Assembly: GCA_041677685.1 (NCBI GenBank)
Contig: JBAYPN010000007.1
Coordinates: 2,954-34,953, forward strand
Length of the DNA: 32,000 nucleotides
DNA from: an archaeon
GTDB lineage: Archaea > Iainarchaeota > Iainarchaeia > Iainarchaeales > CSSED10-239
Direction of reading: 5' to 3'
Of the stretch, positions 8,321-17,818 are shown in pieces. Numbering within the stretch: the stretch's first letter is position 1; each line of letters begins with the position of its first letter. The position numbers and the translations under genes were made by a program. The notes below the pieces were generated by a model, which saw only the letters and a program-made list of their open reading frames with translations, had not been told where the DNA came from and did not search any database.

Positions 8321-8875
8321 TTAAAAAGAAACTTTTACATTCTTTTTTTCTACATCTGGTGTTTCTAAGAAAGTTTTTTCCTTAAAACCTAACATGTTTG
8401 CAATAACATTTGTTGGAAACATCTCAACCTTGTTATTGAATGTCATTACAGAATCATTATAGAATTGTCTTGAGTATGCAATCTTATTCTCAATTCCTGA
8501 TAATTCTTCTTGAAGCATTAAGAAATTTTGACTTGCTTTTAGATCTGGATAATTTTCAACTACAACATTTAATGATCCTAAAGCTTTTGATAGTTCATTA
8601 TTTGCTTTAATTTTTAAATCTTGATCTTTTGCATTCATTGCTTGATTTCTTAGTTCTGTAATTTTTGTTAATGTTTGTTGCTCGTGTTTCATATAACCTT
8701 TAACAGTCTCAATTAAGTTTGGAACTAAATCATATCTCTTCTTTAACTGAACATCTATTTGGCTCCATGCATTTTTCACTCTATTTTTTGCAATAATTAA
8801 GCTGTTATAGATTCCAAAGATTATAAACAACAAAAAAACAACTATTATAATTAAAACAACAATTAATATAGCCAT
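8321..8875 (-). CDS. lemA: LemA family membrane protein
   Basis: It has an N-terminal TM helix followed by typical LemA sequence: NAWSQIDVQLKKRYDLVPNLIETVKGYMKHEQ, ENYPDLKASQNF, IAYSRQFYNDSV. Confidence 0.85.
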   Translation of the reverse strand: MAILIVVLIIIVVFLLFIIFGIYNSLIIAKNRVKNAWSQIDVQLKKRYDLVPNLIETVKGYMKHEQQTLTKITELRNQAMNAKDQDLKIKANNELSKALGSLNVVVENYPDLKASQNFLMLQEELSGIENKIAYSRQFYNDSVMTFNNKVEMFPTNVIANMLGFKEKTFLETPDVEKKNVKVSF

Positions 8876-8944
8876 TTTTCTACCCCCTAAATTTTAAATA
8901 ACTCTTAATTATAATATAGTAGTTAGAAATAAATAAAAAGCAAT

Positions 8945-9226
8945 CTATTTTCTTACAAAACAATCTTCTGGACAATTGTACGGATTTTCTCCAGCCCTAT
9001 AGTCACAAGTCCCATCCCCACAATAGCAAGATGCTAAATAAGAACTAAATAGATTGTGATAATAGTTATTAAAATCAATCCTTTTATAATCAATTTTTAT
9101 ATAATCAATTTTTATATTTTTATTGAAATTATTAGTTTCTTTTGAATCAACAGGATTTAAAACAGAAATAAATATCAAAAATAATATTATTGCCAGAAAT
9201 AAATACCCTAAATTTTTTTTAACCAT
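8945..9226 (-). CDS. Small exported or membrane-anchored Cys-rich protein
   Basis: 93 aa with an N-terminal hydrophobic segment and a C-terminal CYCGDGTCDYRAGENPYNCPEDC module (6 Cys). An internal IDY repeat is encoded by 15-nt tandem repeats. Confidence 0.5.
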   Translation of the reverse strand: MVKKNLGYLFLAIILFLIFISVLNPVDSKETNNFNKNIKIDYIKIDYKRIDFNNYYHNLFSSYLASCYCGDGTCDYRAGENPYNCPEDCFVRK

Positions 9227-9521
9227 ATATAACCCACCTGTAATGTTTACTTTTATATTTTCTACACAAAAAAAGATTTTTTATTTTAAGTTAAATATAA
9301 TGTTACAAATTGTTTATAAAGTAAACTAGCTGTTTTAAACATAAAAACAAGAAGTTAAAAAAATATAACAAAAGATCAAGTTAAAATTAAAAAAAACAAA
9401 AAATTAAATTTAAAGGAAAATAAATTTAAAAAGAGGTGTCCAACAAATAATGTGAGAGGTGGGCGTAAATTTTTAAAAAATGAATTCTAAAAAGAAGAAA
9501 TAAAATAAGAAAAAAGAAAAG

Positions 9522-11945
9522 TTACTTCTTCTTTTCAGAAGAACTAACAATAGGGATTGTCTTAATTACACTGTCTGGGTTTAAGCTAATAGACTCAATT
9601 CCTTCCTTTACCAAAAACCTTGTAAATTCAGGATAGTCACTTGGAGCTTGACCACAAATACCAATATATTTCTTTTTCTTTTTTGCTACCTTAATTACAT
9701 TTGAAATTAATAATTTAACAGCTTCATTTCTTTCATCATAGATGTTTGTTAAAAGTTCTGAATTTCTATCAAGACCTAAGGTAAGCTGGGTAAGATCGTT
9801 ACTACCAATTGAAAACCCATCAAAGAGATCTAAAAACTTGTCAGCTAACAAAACATTTGAAGGAATCTCACACATACAAATTATTTTTAAACCATTTTCC
9901 TTTTGTTTTAAGCCATTTTTTTTCAATTCCAAAATCACTAACTTTGCTTCCTCTATGGTCCTACAGAAAGGTACCATAATCTCAACATTAGTCAAACCAA
10001 ATTTATTTCTTACTCTTTTAATTGCATCACACTCTAGTTTAAAACCGGCTCTGTAGTTTCCTTGATAATATCTAGAAGCTCCACGCCAACCAATCATTGG
10101 ATTTGATTCAACTGGTTCATATTCTTTTCCACCTATCAAGTTTGCATACTCATCTGACTTAAAATCAGACAATCTTAAGATAACTTTTTTTGGATAGAAG
10201 GCAGCTGCAATTCTTGAAATTCCTTGCGATAACTTGTCAACAAAATATTCTTTCTTGTTATCATACCCAACAGTTAAATCATCTATTTTCTTTTTAATAG
10301 ATCTGTCTGTTATCTTATTATAGTTGATTAATGCTAGAGGATGTATCTTTATCCAAGAGTTAATAATAAACTCCTCTCTTGCAAGACCAACACCATCATT
10401 TGGTAAGAAAGATTGTTCAAATGCAATTTCTGGATTTCCAATATTTAACATAATTTTTGTTTTTGTTTTTGGAAGAACTCCTACTTTAGTTACCTCTTTT
10501 TTAAATTTTAATAAACCATCATAGATATATCCAGCATCTCCTGAGGAACAATCCATTGTTATTATTTGTTTATTTTTTAACTTGCTTGTTGCATCAATTG
10601 TTCCAACAATACAAGGGATATTTAATTCTCTTGCAATTATTGCAGCATGGCAAGTTCTTCCACCTCTGTTAGTAATAATCCCTGAAGCAATTTTCATAAT
10701 TGGTTCCCAATCAGGATCTGTCATCTCTGTAACCAAGATGTCACCTTTTACAAACTCAGTAATATTTTTAGAATCTTTTATAATATTTACTTTTGCTGAA
10801 GAGATCTGTTGACCAACACTTATTCCTTGAACAATTGGTTCTTTTTCTTCTAGAAGTGTAAAGGTAACTGTCTCATTTCTTTTTCTTTGTGATTGTACAG
10901 TTTCTGGTCTTGCTTGAACAATGTACATCTTGTTAGTCACACCATCTACTGCCCACTCCATATCCATTGGCTTATAATAACCTGCTTTTTTAGAATAGTG
11001 ATCTTCAATAATGCAGGCCCACTTTGCTAATTGAGTTATTTGTTTTTCATTCAAACAAAATTGATTTCTTAAAGAGATATCAACTGGTACATTCTTAATT
11101 GTTGCTTTACTTCCTTCCTTCTCATATATCATCTTAATTGATTTTGAACCTAACTTTTTAGAGATGATTGGAACTTTTCCTTTTTGATGTAAAGTTGGTT
11201 TAAAAACTAAAAATTCATCTGGGTTAACTGCTCCTTGCACAACATTTTCTCCAAGACCATAAGCTGCATTAATTAACACAACATTATTAAAACCAGTCTC
11301 TGTGTCTATTGAAAACATAACTCCTGAGGTTGCAAGATCACTTCTTACCATCTTCTGAACAGTAATTGAGAGGGCTACTTTAAAATGATTATAATTCCTA
11401 TGTTGTCTGTAGGAAATTGCTCTGTTTGTGAAAAGAGAAGCAAAGCATTTTCTACAAGCATCAATTAATTGTTCAGGACCTTTAATATTTAAGTAGGTTT
11501 CTTGTTGTCCAGCAAAAGAGGCATCTGGTAAATCCTCTGCTGTTGCTGAAGATCTTACAGCTACATCTAGTTCTTTAACATTCTCTAATTTAGATAATTT
11601 ATAATAACTTTCAATTATTTCTTTTTCTAGATCCTTTGGAAATTCTGCATGCCTAATAAGTCTTCTAACCTCTTCTCCTTTTTGAGCAAGTTGTGGTAAA
11701 TTGGAAGTGTCCAAGTTTTTAAGTATTCTTTTAATTTCTTCTTCAATTCCTGATTTTTTTAAAAGATAAACATAAGAGTAAGCAGTTACTGAAAAGCCAT
11801 TTGGAATAGGGACTCCTTTTTTGGTTAGATTTTTATACATTTCACCTAAGGATGCATTCTTTCCACCAACTAAAGGGACATCTTCAATTCCTGTTTCTTT
11901 AAACCAAAGTATAAATTTTTTATCTCTACTTACATTTGCACACAT
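9522..11945 (-). CDS. ppsA: Phosphoenolpyruvate synthase (pyruvate, water dikinase)
   Basis: 807 aa. It has an N-terminal ATP-grasp region (VGGKNASLGEM), the phospho-histidine swivel motif GGRTCHAAIIARELNIPCIVG, and a C-terminal PEP-utilising TIM barrel (GFSIGSNDLTQLTLGLDR). Confidence 0.92.
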   Translation of the reverse strand: MCANVSRDKKFILWFKETGIEDVPLVGGKNASLGEMYKNLTKKGVPIPNGFSVTAYSYVYLLKKSGIEEEIKRILKNLDTSNLPQLAQKGEEVRRLIRHAEFPKDLEKEIIESYYKLSKLENVKELDVAVRSSATAEDLPDASFAGQQETYLNIKGPEQLIDACRKCFASLFTNRAISYRQHRNYNHFKVALSITVQKMVRSDLATSGVMFSIDTETGFNNVVLINAAYGLGENVVQGAVNPDEFLVFKPTLHQKGKVPIISKKLGSKSIKMIYEKEGSKATIKNVPVDISLRNQFCLNEKQITQLAKWACIIEDHYSKKAGYYKPMDMEWAVDGVTNKMYIVQARPETVQSQRKRNETVTFTLLEEKEPIVQGISVGQQISSAKVNIIKDSKNITEFVKGDILVTEMTDPDWEPIMKIASGIITNRGGRTCHAAIIARELNIPCIVGTIDATSKLKNKQIITMDCSSGDAGYIYDGLLKFKKEVTKVGVLPKTKTKIMLNIGNPEIAFEQSFLPNDGVGLAREEFIINSWIKIHPLALINYNKITDRSIKKKIDDLTVGYDNKKEYFVDKLSQGISRIAAAFYPKKVILRLSDFKSDEYANLIGGKEYEPVESNPMIGWRGASRYYQGNYRAGFKLECDAIKRVRNKFGLTNVEIMVPFCRTIEEAKLVILELKKNGLKQKENGLKIICMCEIPSNVLLADKFLDLFDGFSIGSNDLTQLTLGLDRNSELLTNIYDERNEAVKLLISNVIKVAKKKKKYIGICGQAPSDYPEFTRFLVKEGIESISLNPDSVIKTIPIVSSSEKKK

Positions 11946-12086
11946 ATAGGTTTCCTCTTTTTTATTTTTTTAAATTTTTTTAATTTTAATATTTTTGTTT
12001 ACTAAATTATATAATAGATCATAATATATGTTGTCTAACACATATAAAAGAGTTTTGTTTTAAATTAAAATTAAAAGCAAAATAAT

Positions 12087-12941
12087 TTAAATAATTTCTT
12101 TTAAAAGCTCTAAGACTTGATCAAAAGTTCCATCATTAGTTATTACTATATCAAATTTATCTTTATAAATCTCTAATCTTTCATTTATATTTTCATTTAA
12201 AAAACCAATTGAAACAAACTCATTATGATTTAAACCAAAAGACATATTTAGATCTTCTAAAGAATCACCTAAAAGGATAATATTTTTTCTATCTTTTATT
12301 TTATTGTAATATGGGATTTCTTTTATCTCATTTCCATTTTTATTTAACATATGAATTATCTTATTACCCTTATACATTGGTTTTGCAAAACCATTTTTAT
12401 CCCAATCAAAAAAATTAGAAATTATAAACATATTTGAGAATAGCAGTTTTTTCTTTTCTAAAAAACCAGAAATAATTTGCCCAATTCCTGATGAGAAAAT
12501 TAATATTGGAATATTATTTTCAGAAAGAAATTTTAAAAAGTTAGATACATTTTCTCGCAATTGAATATTATCTTTAGATAAAATATCCTTAATTACTGAT
12601 TTATGCATTTTGCATTCTGATAATAATTCAACATGGTTCTTCCACCATTCCAACATCTTAGCACTTTTTTTATCAAAAGGCAAATTTAAATCCATTTCAA
12701 ATTTATGAAACCTATCATACAATTGGTTCGCTCTTTTTGGATAATCTAATTCTAAATAATTTCCATCTCTTATTAAAGATATTGCAGATTTAAATTTTCC
12801 TGATTTTAAATTAAATTTATTTAATGTTTTATCAAAATCTGAAATGATGTGTAAATTATTAATTCCCTCTTCTTTTATTTTTTTTAATTTTAAATTTAAA
12901 AGAGCCCCGTCTTTAATATAAACATTTTCTAAAATATTCAT
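12087..12941 (-). CDS. HAD-superfamily hydrolase, pyrimidine 5'-nucleotidase (UMPH-1/NT5C3-like) family
   Basis: HAD motif I is ISDFDKTL. The C-terminal ILLGDSLEDLNMSFGL...IGFLNENINERLEIYKDKFDIVI resembles, from memory, the NT5C3 segment GDSQGDLRMADG...IGYLND....Y...YDIV. Confidence 0.65.
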   Translation of the reverse strand: MNILENVYIKDGALLNLKLKKIKEEGINNLHIISDFDKTLNKFNLKSGKFKSAISLIRDGNYLELDYPKRANQLYDRFHKFEMDLNLPFDKKSAKMLEWWKNHVELLSECKMHKSVIKDILSKDNIQLRENVSNFLKFLSENNIPILIFSSGIGQIISGFLEKKKLLFSNMFIISNFFDWDKNGFAKPMYKGNKIIHMLNKNGNEIKEIPYYNKIKDRKNIILLGDSLEDLNMSFGLNHNEFVSIGFLNENINERLEIYKDKFDIVITNDGTFDQVLELLKEII

Positions 12942-12946
12942 TTATT

Positions 12947-13771
12947 TCACTTTTTAAAATTATTTTTAAAAAAATCATATCTTTTTGAAGATTTGTTTTT
13001 TGAAGATTTATAATAAATTGCACCAGTTGGACAGAAATTATAACACCTTGTACACAACACACAATTGTTTGAAAATTTTAATTGATTTTTCTTTTTCTTA
13101 AGAATAATGTTGTTTGTTGGGCATATCCTTTCACATAGCCCACATTGAATACATTTTTTAGAATCAAAATTCCATTTGTGTTTTTTAATATAAAATTTAT
13201 TAAAAAACTTATAAATTATCAAATAACCCCAAATTAAGAAAATAAAATTTTTAACTTCTTCTTTATTATCATCAATAATATTTTTAAAATCTTTTTCAAT
13301 CTTTAAATCTGTTTTTGAAATTATTTCTTTTATTTTATCTTCAGAAATTTCTTCCTTTCCAAATAACCCATTACAGTTTGAAGGCATAAGATATTTATAT
13401 GAACCTCTATAATCATAATTTTTACTAGTCAATATATTCTTAATACTAAAAAAAGTTGCACCAACAGTCTTTTCACAAGTTGCAAAAACAAAAAAAGGTT
13501 TTTTTTCAACAACTGGTAATATCTTTAAAAACTCTAAAACAAATAAAGGTGGATTAAAAGAATAAACAGGACATCCAACAATCACAAAATCATAATCAGA
13601 TAAAGATGGTGTTATAAAGATATCTGAAATTATTTTTAAATCCACAGATATGTTTTTCTTTTTAAACAGTTCTTTATATTTTCTAGATACATACTCAGTG
13701 TTACCTGTTCCTGAGAAATAGAAAAAAACACCCTTTTTTAAATTTTCTTTTTTGAATAAAAAATCAACCAT
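12947..13771 (-). CDS. Flavodoxin-like domain protein with a C-terminal 2x[4Fe-4S] ferredoxin domain (EFR1-like)
   Basis: The N-terminal FYFSGTGNTEYVS is a flavodoxin-type loop. A central hydrophobic helix follows. The C-terminus carries CIQCGLCERICP and CVLCTRCYNFCP. The stop lies 5 nt upstream of the nucleotidase start, suggesting an operon. Confidence 0.7.
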   Translation of the reverse strand: MVDFLFKKENLKKGVFFYFSGTGNTEYVSRKYKELFKKKNISVDLKIISDIFITPSLSDYDFVIVGCPVYSFNPPLFVLEFLKILPVVEKKPFFVFATCEKTVGATFFSIKNILTSKNYDYRGSYKYLMPSNCNGLFGKEEISEDKIKEIISKTDLKIEKDFKNIIDDNKEEVKNFIFLIWGYLIIYKFFNKFYIKKHKWNFDSKKCIQCGLCERICPTNNIILKKKKNQLKFSNNCVLCTRCYNFCPTGAIYYKSSKNKSSKRYDFFKNNFKK

Positions 13772-13956
13772 TTATTTTCACATAAATAGTATAAGTGTAA
13801 ATAATTATATTACTTGCTATTTTCTAATAGCTTATAAATCTTTACAGTTACAATTGCAATTAATGTTTTTCCTTTTTTGGCAAACCACTTTAGAAAGCTT
13901 TATATTTAATTTGTTAAAATAATATATATTACTATTTTTAAAAAAGGTAAATTACT

Positions 13957-15879
13957 ATGTCAAGCAATAAAAAAATATACTTCAGGCACGAACACTTCAG
14001 AAATGAACAAGACAAAATTATAAAAGATATAATTGAAGCACTTAATTTAAAAAAATCAATTTTAATTCATGCACCAACAGGGACAGGAAAAACAGACGCA
14101 TCTCTTTCTGCAGCCATATCTTTTGCAATTGAGAATAATAAAAAAATTCTGTTTTTAACACCTAAAATCTCACAACATAAAATTGCACTAGAAGTAATTA
14201 GAGACATTAATGAGAAGTATGATACAGACCTAAAAGCAATTGACTTTGTAGGGAAAAAAAACCTTTGTGTTGATCCTGTTGTTTCAAAAGTTAATGCTGG
14301 GTTCTATGAAGTCTGTAAATCTGCAATTGAAAAAAAACAATGTCCTTTTTACCTAAATATTAAACCAACTAACAAAACTGAAAGAGAACTATTAAGATAT
14401 AAGCTTGAAAAAGAACTTAATACTAAAAAAACACTTAGTCACTCAGAAATTAAAGAAATTGCAATTAATTTTAAATCAATTTCTAACAAACCACTTCCTC
14501 TCTGTGCATATGAACTTGCAAAAATCTATGCTAAAAGTTGCACTATTATTGTGGCTGACTATTATCATGTGTTTTCAAAAAAAATTGCTGATTCTTTATT
14601 GCCTGAAATTGGAATTGATCTTTCTGATTGTATATTGATTGTTGATGAAGCTCACAATCTTGAAGATAGAGTTTTAAAATTATTATCAAAATCATTAAAC
14701 ACCTCACATCTAACAAGAGCAATGAAAGAAGCCTCTGATATGAAAAATCCTAAATTAAGGGAAGTCTTAGATAATATGTTACATAACATGGAAGGTTTAA
14801 ATGAAAATAAATTAAAAGCAAAAAATCTTCTTGCAAAACCAAAAAATAATTTTAATAAGGAAGAATTTATTCAAAAAGAAGACCTGATCCCTGAAAAGTA
14901 TCAAGACCACCTCCTAGAACTAATAATTGAAATTGAAGAAACTGGAATCAAATACTTAGAAAAAACAAATGAGACAAGGTCAGCTCTTCTTAATGTTGCT
15001 TTGTTCTTAGAACAATGGATTTTAAATCTAAAAGCTCACACAAGATTTGTTACTTTTGAAAATAATTTAATTAGTGTTAAATATAATGCTTTAGATATCT
15101 CTTTAGTTACAAAAGAAATCTTTGAAGAAGTTTATTGTGCAATTATAATGTCAGCAACCTTGACTCCTTTGTCAATGTACAAGGAGATTTTTGGTTTACC
15201 AAACACAACTTTGCTTAAAGAATATTCTTCTCCTTTTGATAGTAAAAATAAACTTGACCTTTTAGTTACAGATGTGACCACCAAATACACTCAGAGAGGA
15301 GAAGAGGAATATATAAAGATTACAAACTATATTACAAACATTATAAATGCAACGCCTGGAAACATAATAGTGTTTTTTCCATCTTTTGAAATATTAAGAA
15401 GAATTGCTGAACAAATTAAAATTAATAAACCAAAAGTAATTCAGGAAGAGAAATCTACACAGTATGATTTTGAGGAACAGATTAAGGAATTTAAATCACA
15501 TTCAAGTAGATTTGGAGGTGCTTTTTTTGCAGTCATGGGGGGAAAGGCTTCTGAAGGTATTGACTTGCCTGGTAACTTCGTAATTGCAGCAGTTATTGTT
15601 GGGATCCCTCTGGGGAGAATGGACATCTACACAACTGCAAAGATTGACTATTATGAAGCCAAGTATAAGAAGGGCTGGGCATATGCATATATCCAGCCAG
15701 CAATACAAAAAACCATACAGAGTGCTGGAAGAGTGATTAGAAACACAACTGACAAAGGAGTAATTGTTTATTTAGATCAAAGGTATGGTTGGCAAAATTA
15801 TAGACAATATTTACCAAGAACCTTAAGGTTTAAGATAACAAACAAACCTGAAGAGGATATTTTTGATTTTTTTAAATAA
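13957..15879 (+). CDS. xpd: XPD/Rad3-type SF2 DNA helicase with an Fe-S cluster domain
   Basis: Walker A is HAPTGTGKT and the DEAH box is VDEAHNL. Four Cys lie between motifs I and II (LCVDP, EVCKSAIEKKQCPFY, PLCAYE), as in the XPD 4Fe-4S domain. C-terminal helicase motifs include GKASEGIDLPG and QSAGRVIR. Confidence 0.88.
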   Translation: MSSNKKIYFRHEHFRNEQDKIIKDIIEALNLKKSILIHAPTGTGKTDASLSAAISFAIENNKKILFLTPKISQHKIALEVIRDINEKYDTDLKAIDFVGKKNLCVDPVVSKVNAGFYEVCKSAIEKKQCPFYLNIKPTNKTERELLRYKLEKELNTKKTLSHSEIKEIAINFKSISNKPLPLCAYELAKIYAKSCTIIVADYYHVFSKKIADSLLPEIGIDLSDCILIVDEAHNLEDRVLKLLSKSLNTSHLTRAMKEASDMKNPKLREVLDNMLHNMEGLNENKLKAKNLLAKPKNNFNKEEFIQKEDLIPEKYQDHLLELIIEIEETGIKYLEKTNETRSALLNVALFLEQWILNLKAHTRFVTFENNLISVKYNALDISLVTKEIFEEVYCAIIMSATLTPLSMYKEIFGLPNTTLLKEYSSPFDSKNKLDLLVTDVTTKYTQRGEEEYIKITNYITNIINATPGNIIVFFPSFEILRRIAEQIKINKPKVIQEEKSTQYDFEEQIKEFKSHSSRFGGAFFAVMGGKASEGIDLPGNFVIAAVIVGIPLGRMDIYTTAKIDYYEAKYKKGWAYAYIQPAIQKTIQSAGRVIRNTTDKGVIVYLDQRYGWQNYRQYLPRTLRFKITNKPEEDIFDFFK

Positions 15880-16029
15880 ATGTTCTCTAAAAGATTAAAA
15901 TTAAATGTACAAATAAAATGATTTCTTTTTAAAGCTTGCTCATTATATAATATATTATAGTGAACACTAATTATTTTAAAAATAAAAAAATTTAAAATTA
16001 TAAAATTAATATATAAAAACTGAGAGTGA

Positions 16030-16320
16030 ATGATTATGGAACTTCCAAAAGAAATAAAAGCATATTGTAAAAAATGTAAAAAACATAGTGAACAAAAATT
16101 AAAAGTTTTTAAGCCTAGAAAAGCAAGGGTAAAGTCAATTGGGACTAGAAAAAACTTAGAAAAGCATAAGAGCGGATATGGTGGAAAAGCAAAATTGATT
16201 GCAACTGTTAAAAAACAGAACAAAAAACCAGTGTATCTTGCGGAATGTAATATCTGTAAACAAAAAAGTTATTTTGTAATACCAAAGAAAATGAAGAAAA
16301 CTGAATTTAAAGGAACTTAA
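16030..16320 (+). CDS. rpl44e: Ribosomal protein eL42 (L44e)
   Basis: It has a CKKCKKH...CNICKQK zinc ribbon with a central basic segment KHKSGYGGKAK, typical of L44e. The true start may be the third codon (ATG at 16036, MELPKE...). Confidence 0.85.
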   Translation: MIMELPKEIKAYCKKCKKHSEQKLKVFKPRKARVKSIGTRKNLEKHKSGYGGKAKLIATVKKQNKKPVYLAECNICKQKSYFVIPKKMKKTEFKGT

Positions 16321-16388
16321 ATTCCTTTCCTTCTTTTAATTTTCTTTTCTTATTTTCTAGATCTTATTTTAAAAATAATATTTTAAGA

Positions 16389-16949
16389 TTAATTTTTATA
16401 TAAAGATCTAAATAAAATATCGTATGCATCTTCTGGGGTCAAGTCTTTAAAAGTTTTTTTCCCTTCTTTTAAGAGCTTCAAATAATTTTGTTTAAATTTT
16501 TGTCCATCTAAATTACTTTTTAACTTAGAAAAAGATAGTTGCTTACGAACGCTAGGGGTTAAAATTAAATATATTTTTTTGAAAAGAATGTCTTCTTGTC
16601 TAAATCTCCTGTTATGATCTCTATTATTTCTAATATCAAAAACCATAATATCCCTTTCCCATCTTAAACCTATCAATTTCTGTTCCAGTTTGGAAATTTC
16701 CGTTTTTATTTTTTGGACTTCAGAAGCAAGTGTTGGTTTTTTGTCCTTTAGTTTCTGTATTTTTATTTTAATATCTTCAATTTTGTTTGCAGAAATTTTT
16801 TTAATTTTACGTATTTTTGGATTTATGGTTTGACCATATAACATTTTGCTTTTTCTACTATGTAATTCAGGTTCCCTTATTATACCTAAAGCTTCTCTTT
16901 TTTGCAAATGTTGGTTTAAGTGGTTTTTTAATTGGCATAAATTAATCAT
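16389..16949 (-). CDS. Hypothetical basic coiled-coil protein
   Basis: A 186-aa ORF in its own gap, with no recognisable motif. It has a central heptad-like K/I/E region. It is transcribed divergently from the membrane protein/ATPase operon across a 68-bp spacer. Confidence 0.4.
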   Translation of the reverse strand: MINLCQLKNHLNQHLQKREALGIIREPELHSRKSKMLYGQTINPKIRKIKKISANKIEDIKIKIQKLKDKKPTLASEVQKIKTEISKLEQKLIGLRWERDIMVFDIRNNRDHNRRFRQEDILFKKIYLILTPSVRKQLSFSKLKSNLDGQKFKQNYLKLLKEGKKTFKDLTPEDAYDILFRSLYKN

Positions 16950-17017
16950 TCTCCTTTATTTTAATAAATATTAAAAATATATGAGAAAATACATTTATAA
17001 GATTATCTAAACCACTA

Positions 17018-17818
17018 ATGACCAATTACATATTTTCTAAAATAAAAAAGCTAATCTTATTTTTTTATTATTTTCTACTTTCATTATTTTCCTCTAAAAA
17101 CATTTCCAAAAAAAACAAAGTATTTATAAACTATTTTCTTAACTATTTTTATATGCTTAAACTAGATAATTATTATAAAATTGTATCCTCTACTTTTGGA
17201 CTTGCATATTTTATAGGTTTAGTTGTTGCCTTACTATATATCTTAAGAGGTTCTGTGTTTATTGAACCAACAAGCTTTATTAACACAATAACTCTAGCAA
17301 ATACCCTCCACTTTAAAAACATCTACTACACCACCATGCAGAATGCTATGCAATTAGCAATTATCCCTTTTAGTTACTTAATCTATGCAGTTAAGTTTGG
17401 GTTCTCACACACAATTCTGTTAACCTCTTCTTTTCTTGGGCAAATTAAGTTACTAGTAACCTTAATTCCATTAATTTTCTTTTTTATAACATACATTATC
17501 TTTTCAACAATTGGATTGAAATTAATTTTATACATTATTAAACTTGTAAGTAATTTATTTTTAAAAACTAAAAAAATAAAAATTAAATTCTTTAATAAAG
17601 AGGATATTAAGTTTTTATATATAGCAATCATCTCATTAATTATTGGAACAGTCATTCAAACCTACTTGATTAGAATTTTGTTTATTTTCTTAATTAATTT
17701 AAAATCAATTGCTTATGCCTTAATTATCTTAATCTATATAATATTTATTAGCTTAGCTGGATATGTAATTTACAAGACAGTTAAGGAAGTTACAAATAAT
17801 AAAATTGAGAACATATGA
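17018..17818 (+). CDS. Polytopic membrane protein (about 6-7 TM helices), uncharacterised
   Basis: 266 aa and strongly hydrophobic. The TGA stop overlaps the ATG of the downstream ATPase (ATGA at 17815-17818), indicating translational coupling. Confidence 0.55.
   Translation: MTNYIFSKIKKLILFFYYFLLSLFSSKNISKKNKVFINYFLNYFYMLKLDNYYKIVSSTFGLAYFIGLVVALLYILRGSVFIEPTSFINTITLANTLHFKNIYYTTMQNAMQLAIIPFSYLIYAVKFGFSHTILLTSSFLGQIKLLVTLIPLIFFFITYIIFSTIGLKLILYIIKLVSNLFLKTKKIKIKFFNKEDIKFLYIAIISLIIGTVIQTYLIRILFIFLINLKSIAYALIILIYIIFISLAGYVIYKTVKEVTNNKIENI

Noticed and set aside
15798-16223. 141-aa minus-strand ORF
   Set aside because: It overlaps the 3' end of xpd and most of the clearly recognisable rpl44e gene on the opposite strand. 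Its hydrophobic low-complexity sequence looks spurious.
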